64,000 bases of DNA from Fimbriosthenelais zetlandica (lineage: Eukaryota): contig OZ365118.1 of NCBI GenBank assembly GCA_977030845.1, positions 2,480,001 through 2,544,000 of the forward strand. Direction: 5' to 3'. The notes beneath the pieces were generated by a model. It was not told the DNA's origin. It saw nothing but the letters and a program-made list of their open reading frames with translations, and searched no databases. Every line of letters begins with the position of its first letter. Positions within the stretch are counted from its first letter, which is position 1. Shown piece by piece: positions 51,695 to 61,670 of this stretch. Made by a program: the position numbers and the translations under genes.

Positions 51695-52469
51695 CTGAAA
51701 AGACAGAAAAGAGGACACTGTATGAGTAAAATGTCTCAATCAAATACACAGAACAATTACAGCATCAAACAGAATAGTGAGAATATATACAATACAGAAG
51801 ATATCAATAATCTGTATTCCTATATTTAACCCAATGTTCAATAAAAGAAATCCAAACCCCCATCAGGGTCGAGTCTATCCCAAGGAGTCATATATATAAG
51901 GTCCCTATTATAGGGAATAGCCTTACGAAATCACAACCACTTCTCATATATGAACAAAGCAAAGTGCAGCTAAAGCCTTGTATCTCTACAGCTATAAAGG
52001 GTAGCACAATCATCTTAAATCTGATAGAGATTGTGACATAAGCCATAGTCACGATGATTGGAGGTTGATCCCCCTCATCCACCTCCCACATGTCTATATC
52101 TTGATACAGTTACCAGTGGACAATGTGGATCCGTCCTCCCATCTGATCACATTCATATAGATTACAATACGCCAACAAAGACAGTGTATAAATCAACCAC
52201 TTAACCAGGCCTACACCCAGGTCGCTGGGGTATCATATTGCCCACCTATACAGTAACTTTACAATACCTAACACAGATCTACACGGTCTGTAGACGGCCT
52301 TTTTGTGGGTTGGATTTGGCTGATACGACCACTGACAAGCCCCACAAGCTGGGATTACCGAGAATTGATCAAGTCGTGTCTACGGTGACCTGCTGGTAGG
52401 AGGGCCAATAGGAGCTGTCAGACCTACCATCAGGCAATCAGATCATATCCTACATGCCTTTATCCATAC

Positions 52470-52534
52470 CTTGTGTCATTTTAAAGGGTCAGAGGCGTGG
52501 AAATGACAATTATGATGTTTATAAGGTTAGATCT
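52470..52534 (-). other. Candidate 65-nt 5' exon (mostly UTR; ends ATG ACA CAA G|gtatgg)
   Basis: Acceptor ttcatttacag| and donor AAG|gtatgg, with stops in all frames upstream of the terminal ATG. Splice-signal evidence only. Confidence 0.25.
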
Positions 52535-52663
52535 CTGTAAATGAATTCGTCTTTCCACTCTTGTATTTGACACATTTCAAGAAGAAAGTGTTTTGAATCT
52601 TTATCTTTATCTTTAAGGCTTGGAGAAGATGCACTTTACATTAGCCCATGGACTCAGTATTGG

Positions 52664-52737
52664 CTAATTAATACAGTAGACCCCCGTCATAAAGCATGGT
52701 CTAATTAATACAGTGTATCCCCGTCATAAAGCATGGT
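52664..52737. repeat. 37-bp tandem duplication
   Basis: ctaattaatacagt....ccccgtcataaagcatggt at 52664 and 52701. Confidence 0.9.
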
Positions 52738-54532
52738 CTTTTCATGGCTGTTTCTTGACGGTGTAATAACTATGATTTATAGATTTATGTAAAACCATCT
52801 TCTCCTCATGGCGATATATCACACCCTGTAAGGCAGCTTAAATGACCAGCTTTGTCTGTGAGCTGCACTCAGTGAGTCAAGTATTCAGTTCACCTTTGTC
52901 TGCCTTCCCACAATGAAAGCTACATACATCATATAGTCATTGATAGACGTGTAGAACATTGCTTCTATTATATAAACTCCCACAACTTGGTGCCTGGATT
53001 TATCAAATAAAACACAGTAAAATTGCTGAAGTGGTAGTAGTTCACTGATTGGCTTATCATCCACTTACAGGAGGATTTTATGTATCTGTATGCTATAATG
53101 GGTTGAGCGGGGGTGGGGGGAGGGGGCGGGGGTGGGATGATGGATGGAGGGAGGTATGAAGCCTGCAGCTCAATGTGTTATTTACATATACCTCACAGGT
53201 TAATTCTCATCTCATCTTCCCCACTACGGCCCGAGGATCCATCAATTACAGCCCAATCATATACTGTATATTCCTCATAGGCTCGTCTTTTATGTTACTT
53301 CATATGAACCTCTCTCTCAATAAATCTGTCCAGAATCTATCTGATGAATTCAGACATGCAATATAATGATGGAATATTATCCAATATAGATCCAACAATC
53401 ACCTTTTTAAAACTTTCAAAGCAGGTCTATACATATGCAGTCAAGATCATCTTTCCAGTATCATCTTTGAGCAGAATGCATTGAGCTTGTACCCTGCCAT
53501 ATAGTGGACATTCAATTTGTCCAGACCAAATGCCACCCACCCATCCACCCATCAAATACATCAGCCAGTATTAGGGTGTCTATCAGCGCCCTCTCTGTGA
53601 CATCAGCCTGATGTTAAAGTGTATAAACTAGGAGCATGTGACCATTTAACGCTGGACGTACAAGCCTGATCATGTGATGTGCACGTGATTATGTGGACGT
53701 AGAATGAGGAATGTTTAAGGGAGATTTAGAGGGTGAGATGTCTCAGTAATGTGTGAGGTGAGAGGGCTTTCACCCTCCGTCACACGCCTCACTAAATCCC
53801 TGATTTATTATCACCCTCCCTCCACCTGCACCCTCCACCTCCACCTACCCCTTATTGTCATCTACTTATTTTCACAATCATTTTATTTTTCATAACAAGA
53901 ACACAAATCATCCTAAGACTTCCACCCCGACAATTTCAACATGATTATAGTAATTTGTCTGTTTTATTTGGTTGCAAAGATGTAATTGTAAAGCATTATG
54001 TTGGGCGAATATCAGAGGATTTATAAATAAAGTACATGTAAAAATATCACCAAGAAAGGGTTCATATGATAGGCCCCTCAGAGCCGTCACCATACTTCAT
54101 CCCCTCCCCACCACAGACACACAGACAGACACGGGTCACCACGGCTACTTGACACACCAGTCAGACTCATCTATCTCTACTGTCAATAACATAAAATAAT
54201 ATGAGAGGGGAGTATATCCCTGGCCGGGCCAGCATGTAATCAGAGGTAGGACGGAGGATAGATCGACTTCTACAAGACACAGAAAGGAAGGACACTTCTC
54301 TGATATTAATATGCTTCTCGGGAAGAACTTATTTCTCGAATTCCTATAGAAGGGCCCAGGTAATCGTCACGCAAAGTTGGGCTGGCATTTACTTAAAGAT
54401 TCTAAGACGAACATAATTTCTTGGGGAATCCATAATGAATTGAATAGATGGCCTTTGAAAACAGGGCCGAGTCAGGGGCTGGGGGAAGGATATCGAAAGG
54501 AAACTCGTTGCCCTCGCGATTATTGAATTTAC

Positions 54533-54677
54533 TTGGCAATGAAAAAAGCCCTAATGTCAACAAAGGTGTAGAGGGAGGATAGGAAAGTGGGCGAGTATTG
54601 CTGTTCTGGTCAATAGCATCGATCCCTATATATGCTACAGTCGTGTACCTCACCACAGCCACACTGAGAGTCGCCAT
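54533..54677 (-). CDS. Candidate first coding exon of the THSD1-like gene (signal-peptide exon unresolved)
   Basis: Strong start context gaaaATGGCG lies just downstream of an ETS site. A phase-1 donor CCA A|gtaaat at 54532 would join in frame to 51694, but the resulting 49-aa leader is an atypical signal peptide. Earlier donors (gtgagg after codon 8; gtacac) are equally possible. Confidence 0.3.
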
Positions 54678-54689
54678 TTTCCTTCACGA

Positions 54690-54790
54690 TTCACGACCTC
54701 TTACTTCCGGTTACCGCCCTCTCACGCCACCTAGCGGCGCGCCTGGGCAGCGGCGGAAGCGGAAGTGACGGGGGCAGTGGCTTGTAGAGG
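54690..54790. promoter_or_regulatory. CpG-rich promoter, probably bidirectional
   Basis: ACTTCCGGT (54703-54711), an opposed tandem CGGAAGCGGAAGTG (54754-54767), a CTCF-type site (54724-54737, minus) and YY1-type AAAATGGCG at the ATG. GC-rich island in AT-rich flanks. Confidence 0.6.
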
Positions 54791-57700
54791 ACCCGGTAAA
54801 GGTCGACGATGATCATAGTTGGGTGAGAGGTACTTTAAAGGAATATTGGAGGCATTAAAATGAGCCCATGTAGACAGCAGCCTGGGTGGGGATGAAGGGA
54901 CACAGAGCAGGGAAATAGCCTCAGGTATTAAGACCCACAAGCTGTAATTTACCTTTTTTCTACTTTTAGAATTCCGGTTCTTAGAAAAATCACCTCTCAT
55001 TGGCTTCCTTTATAAGTAATGACTGATCTTCAAGTCGCAAGAATACTATATATATCAGGTTTTACTTATGCATCTTTAGATCTTAGATCAAAAAGATCCA
55101 AAACTTATTTCAATATAAATCTACATTCAGTAATATGCCTCAGCAAGTATTAGACAGTGTTTTGGACTTCCTGAACAAGAAAACTTCCTTGACTCAGCAG
55201 AACAATACAAAAATTCATTATTAGAATCAAAGGAGAGAGACATCTAGACAGATCAATATCTGTACAGCAGTAGAGAGACAAGAGCTATGCTTTATATTCT
55301 ATCTCACTGCCTTCCCCCAGGACCTGGCTGCCTACCAAACGTTATATCCTACACACAGGCACTGGTAGATATACGTGTAGCTCACATTGTCAAAGGGAGC
55401 AACTCAATATAGGTTAAAACACCTGACATGGCAGGATGGGACGTCCGTATAGTATGGGTCTAGTGTAAACTCTAGAGAATCTAAAGTAGGTCAAATTGAG
55501 GAAAAAACGATTGAAAAACAAAAGTCGATCGATGATGGTTGTCTGACGTGACTTGGCCATCTAGAATGCTCGACCATGCGTGGTGGAGAGGCAGCATGCA
55601 TGTATGAGAATGTGTGAAGAGGCTACAGAATCGAGACTGGGTGGGTTGGTGTAGGTGGGAAGTGGTTAGGGAGTTGATAATGAGAAAAATGCCTTCACTT
55701 TATACCAAGCATCAAAGAGACTGTATTTTAGTTATCTTGGTGCAAGGCTCTCATGTGAACTTTGATAAGGGTTTCCTTATCAACATCAAGAAGAATTATT
55801 CACTAATATTCAACCATTCCTTCTAACACCCTCATCCCTCATGTCTAGGTATGTATTGATTTTATGAAAGCATCACATCACAGAGTTGATACCAAGGCTT
55901 GTGGCTTCACTAGAAGTGTTCAAAGTAAGACACGGGAAATATTACAGGTGTGGTGGCTATAGATATCTACCATATATAATATACTTCATGACAGTACATG
56001 AGACAGCTCACCCTGGGGAAGTTTGGGCATGGTACAACTTTAATAGAAGAGCACCAATAGTTCTAAGAGGGACTAAGCAATAAGTGACTCATATATTGTA
56101 ATAAATTGGAATATTATAGAAGGAGTTATATATGGTATCTAGGAATCCCGATATGGGAGTTATCAGACTTCCTTATGCTTTGACAGAAAGCTTTCTTTTA
56201 GAGTGACATTTATCCCTGTATGTCCTAAGAGGGAATGTAAGAGATGGAAGCCGGGACAGACAGGTACATAAAGCTACTTTTTTGGCTTCTTTTACTATAA
56301 TGTAACCACATTTTTCGCTCCTTATCCTCATGTCAACACATCTATAGATAGTGTCAAGCTAGCCTGATGTGCGTATAAGTGAGATACATATCTTTGATGT
56401 AATTAGTTGACATAATTAGTCTCAGGGGCTGTGACAGGGTCTGTGACTGTCAGGTTGTGTGACGGCTCTAGTTACATGCCTGCCGTAATTATACGGGAGT
56501 ATCACAGATGTAGACCTCTACATTCATCAAGTGTACACTAATCGGGTGAATGCGGTAGGCAGAAGATCCCATTAAAATTCACCACAAAGTCAATGACGAT
56601 CTCCTAGACATTCTAATCGCCACTCACGGCATTTTTTGTCATCTCAAGATTCACTTAATAACTAAAGGCATAAATCAAGTATCAAGAATCAAGGTTAATT
56701 GGGAAAATATGCCTTTGTTTAGACATGTTCAATTGCAGCTGTCTTGACTTGATGGATTAAATGTCTGCTGGTTAAAATGAATGAAGGAAATACGTCCATG
56801 TCTCTCAAACCATTAATCATCACTTCCCCGATGGCTTCACATAATTTCTCAATTTCAGGAAAATGTTTTTCTTTTTATTCGCCGTCGTAAAGTGTTACCT
56901 TTTCCCACGATTTCCTTTAACAACTTACAATAAACATGAACAAATGTGGCACTTTTTAAATCCACAACTCTAAATGTAACATGACAAATGATTCTTCGAA
57001 GGAGCATGCAGCGTTTCCTTGGAATAGCATATAGAAGTTGTACTGTTCTAAACCTGTTTCCAAGACGTAATGTGTACTGCCTGCAGCTCTGAGGCTCAGC
57101 CAGGGAACCTGCAGGAAGACGCCATATACTGGTCCCCTGGCTGGCGGGCGTCCACAACCGTCATTTCCAGAAACAAAGAAGGAAAAAATGGAAGAAATAA
57201 TGAAGTAACTTGGCTCTACTTTGATCTCAGAGAACACTTAGAGAACAAAAGCTTAACTGTCCGCGAGTTAAGGTAATTTATTTCCCTAGTTTACTTTGTA
57301 AAGTCAACGAGGGAACTAGTCTCTAAGTTTTAAATCATTGTGCACAGTGCGAGTTGAGGGATGATGCCTTGGGCATCTCAGGCACTCCATTGTTAAAGAC
57401 CTACTTTCTCGCCAAGATTTTTTCTCATCCCGGTCTATCGCCCCAAACAATCTTTTTTCCTTTTACACCCATGCGACCATTTCCCTTGCGACCTACAAAA
57501 TGCATTTACAGTTTCTTATTTTAGAAAGACGCCACAACAAATAACTCTTTCTTGACGAATTCCTTCACGATAAACAAAGACTATTATTGTCTTTTAACAA
57601 CTGAAAAACGAGTGAGCGTAAAAGTAGCTGTGGAATGAAATTACAGACACTCAAAGGATTGGGAGGGCCGGGTATATTAAGGAAAAATAAAGGCTTAAGA

Positions 57701-60700
57701 TGGCAGGAGTTGTCACTCGCTGTATTGTCTGCGCCCAAGGAATTAGTCCACAGAAAGTGAATAGTACCGTAACAAATTACGCGGCCAGGTCCCGCTCCCC
57801 CAGGACCGGGAGCGACTTGTCAAATAAATGGACTTTTTTCTGGGTTTTGGCGAGAGGCTAACGTGCAGCTCTAGGCTATATGAAGACATATATATGAAGG
57901 CATATATGTACAGCACATGAACTGAATCCAGTTATAATCTAATACAAATAGTCGCCTAATGATTTTTATTGATAAGAAGAGTCCCTAACAATTATTAACC
58001 AATTACATCCGAAAAATATCTATAAATATAAATTACAGCTATTCATTATATTAAAATATTATATTATAGTCAACATTTAATTAATTGAATTCTTCTTATT
58101 AAATGTACAATGTACATTCATTCAACTGTTAAGAGATCCCTATAAAAGATCTTAACATTGTTTTGGGAAAGGTCTTACTTCTCAAAGTACGAATCAGAAG
58201 GACCATTCTTGTATATGCCCTGGAGGCGTCGTGAAGGTATTATGGGACGTTTCTATGGTTACCTCCAGCTATCCCCTGACAAGGGAAGATAGAGTATACC
58301 ATGGAGGGGGGGGGGGGGGGGAGGAGGGGCAGCTGGGACAACCTGAGCCTCTATTTTTAACTTTACCATGACAACATTGTTTACAAGACAAAGAAACCAC
58401 TTGTCACACAAGTAAAGGTGCTTTAGAAGTTTGCATGACTCATAAACGCATTCTTCATCCAAAATCCCCGACAGGCAAAGGGGAACACACGGAAAACAAT
58501 AGGGTTTTAACTAAACTAAAGCTGAGCAACTAAACCAACAAGTCGACAACATAGTCAAGATGAGGTGGAACGTTTTAAGAGAAACTCCAGTTATTATGGC
58601 CATGTATTTCTCACAGATGGATGAATGGGTGGATGGATGGATGAATATAATTTGTTAAACGTTCAGTCAAAAATTTTCCAGCTATCTCAGGATATATGAG
58701 CTATGAATGACCTATATATGGCTAATTGTGAATGATTAGCCAGGCCTTGGATCCTAACATTACCTAACCTGATCATTGTCACTCTATTATTGTGTGATTA
58801 CTGACGCCTGCTCCACCCAATTATTATGTATTATTACTCAGTATCAATAGAGGCTTATACACTCCCTTACTACCCACTAATATAAGATTAGGTAACTCCA
58901 TGAAAGACCCGTACTATAAGGTCAAAGATAGTATAATACATGTAAGCCAGGTAGAATCAACGAGTATAGAAATACTCGTTGGGAGAATGGATGGTTTCCA
59001 TATGTCATATCATTCAGACATTCATAAACTAGGGAAGATAATTTCAATATTTATGTAGCTATGACAATTTTTTTCTGCTCACTAATTATATAAGTGCAGG
59101 TCTTGAATTAACTTATGAAGACATATGCAAATTTATGTTTTTGAACCGAGTAATTAGTTCATTATTCATATAGTAGGAATATAATTACTGGTAGAAATTA
59201 GAGTTATTACATAAAACACTTCCCAGAACGGGGAAATACTTCATGGATATATGTAGGTGCAGTACAGAAAGGTGAAGGGGAATCTGTTACAAAAATTTAG
59301 CAATATGACATTGCAAGGATTCCACTTTAACACATGAAAATGGCTCTGTCTCTATGAAGATTGCATTTCCTTCACATTTCAGGGCATAAATTGTTAGACA
59401 AATATTGAGGTTATACGTAGCCTTGCCTAATCCCATGAAAGTGACTGTGGAGGGGGGATGGACGGGATATAACCATCTAGGGTTATATAAAGGTAGAGGA
59501 TTACTATAATCATGTTATCATTAACACAGTGCCCTCTGATCCTCCCTGGATCCTGGAGGACAGAAGCCTCACCTGGCAACCGTCGCTAAACAGCTGCATG
59601 CCCACGGGCAGACTTGCATGGGACTCATTCCCAAAAGGTTTTTTAATAAAAATAATTACATGAACAAACCAGCTGAAAGGGTCTATTCTTCGCTACAGTT
59701 TTCGATAATCAAAATCAGAAGAGTTACATTCCTGTTACAAGAGACAAGTCCCAAGGTTATCAATAATCCGAAGGTCAAATATCAAGGGTAGCACCAGCCG
59801 TGCTAACTCCTACATGTATATGTATAATATCATAGAGACTATCAGACTAGTCTAGTCCCTGGAGTCAAAGCCTCTAGAAATATATCTAGCACCAACAGAT
59901 CGATACAATATGCAATACTCATACTGCCAGTGTTGACTTCTACCAACATGTATATCGATACTTGGTAAATATTTCACACAAAGACTAAAACACAAAGTTT
60001 GTTCAGAATTTTGCAAAAATGGCTTGGATAATATTGTGATTTTTAGAAGAAATGAATGACTTTAAATCTAGGTTTACTCCAGGGGTCTATAATGATTAGG
60101 ATGAATATAAATCTGTCATTTGTAGCCTTAAGCTAGCATCATCCTGGCGTTTCTAAGGTCAGCTATATACACACTGCCTGGGGCTGATTTAAACCTGAGG
60201 ATCGTACTGTCTTCACCTTGAGAAGCTAATAATGAGGTTAATTACCTGTAGGTGTAATTAGTGATCACCTAGGCCATCCTGGCTAACACAGGATGAGAGA
60301 TTGAATGGAGAGAATGGACATTAACGGGTGAGGGTCAGTAATAATGTATACAAGTCAGGTGTGGTGATTAAAGGTGGAGAACACCCAACAATACAGCCAC
60401 GTCTTATTGTCATAGGTCGCCATGGAGACGCGTCATTCATCATGACGTCCATGACAACATGAAGATAGCATAAACAGCTGACATGGTGTTAAATCAATGT
60501 TCATCTATCAACTGTAGACAACATTAAATCATCATTCAGATCAGGGAAACATAAGACTTTTGTTGGCACACATTCTCTGATTTCATCACTTTTAGTTGGG
60601 TTTAGAACTGTCTGCTTATCATCCTGACAGGGATTAGGTTCTTATAAGATCTCCCTTACACCAGACGTATACGTCACCACATCACCTACGTCACTCATCA

Positions 60701-61627
60701 CATGACCACCACGTCATGACCCCCACTAAGAGCTTGTTGAGTTTCCTTACCACGATTTACCCACAATCCATCACAAATGGCCGCCAATCAATCCCAGAAT
60801 GCATCGGTCCTGTCAACAGGATAAGGACCGCACCCTGGTCACGTGGCCCATCATTTTTACCCATGGTTCCCTGTGTCAGCCTCGTTCTGAGGTCAGAATG
60901 ATAGCCTGCAGATCTCACTTTCCGAGATTGATGAGTGAAAGTGAGCGATAATAGGGGAAATTGCCATAAGCTCTGATGTTATTTCACACATTATTTATAC
61001 AGGTCTAAGGCCCTGTTCTGAGACGCTCAGTCTGGACAATATGACGTCATCAGATCCCCAGGGAGGCGGCTATGTCAGAACAAGTCGTCTTTGTTTATCA
61101 CCCAGATAACAGTTTGTGTTTGCTTACAAGTAAAACCTCTCAAACCTGGCAGGCTTCTCATGGGTATAAAACGTGACGAGATCTAACATGGCGATCACTG
61201 CTGTACAGCTTCACACAATCACCTGTTTGTTTCTGATCTATCTGTTTGTTTTGTGTACAGATGATGTGGATTTTTCTCAAACCCAACAGAAACAAAATCT
61301 GACAATAACTGTGGGAACCCATGACTTCTGGTATAATATCAGTCACCATCCAAAACCAAACACATCAAATTTAGTGTTATTTCCTGTCTGAAAATAATCT
61401 ATAGTTTGATATATAGAGTAGGCTTAACTTGTTGGCAGCACCATGCCCTGTGAAAAATCACATGCAATATATAACAACTCCAGTGAAAGCCTTCTATAGG
61501 GATATGCTGGAGGGGGAAGTCTGAATAAAATCCACAATGATACTAATTATTGAAATGGGGTGACAGCGCCTGCAGCATTTACAGATATATCTCAATGCCT
61601 GCAGCCAATCACTTCATATGTTCATGT

Positions 61628-61670
61628 AGGTGGAGGTGGAGGTGGTGGAGGTGGAGGTGGTGGAGGTGGA
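61628..61670. repeat. GGT/GGA simple repeat
   Basis: Run of ggtggaggtggaggtggtgga. Confidence 0.85.

Noticed and set aside
57160-57200. HFQKQRRKKWKK, resembling homeodomain helix 3
   Set aside because: It lacks the invariant WF.N, has wrong spacing, and has no helices 1-2 upstream.
60541-60589. Minus-strand GTGATGA...CTGA...ATGATGA, like C/D snoRNA boxes (also GTGATGA near 56820)
   Set aside because: There is no terminal stem, no final D box at a plausible spacing and no recognisable rRNA guide.
60914-60945. 9-bp perfect stem with a 14-nt loop
   Set aside because: The stem is short and does not extend; expected by chance.
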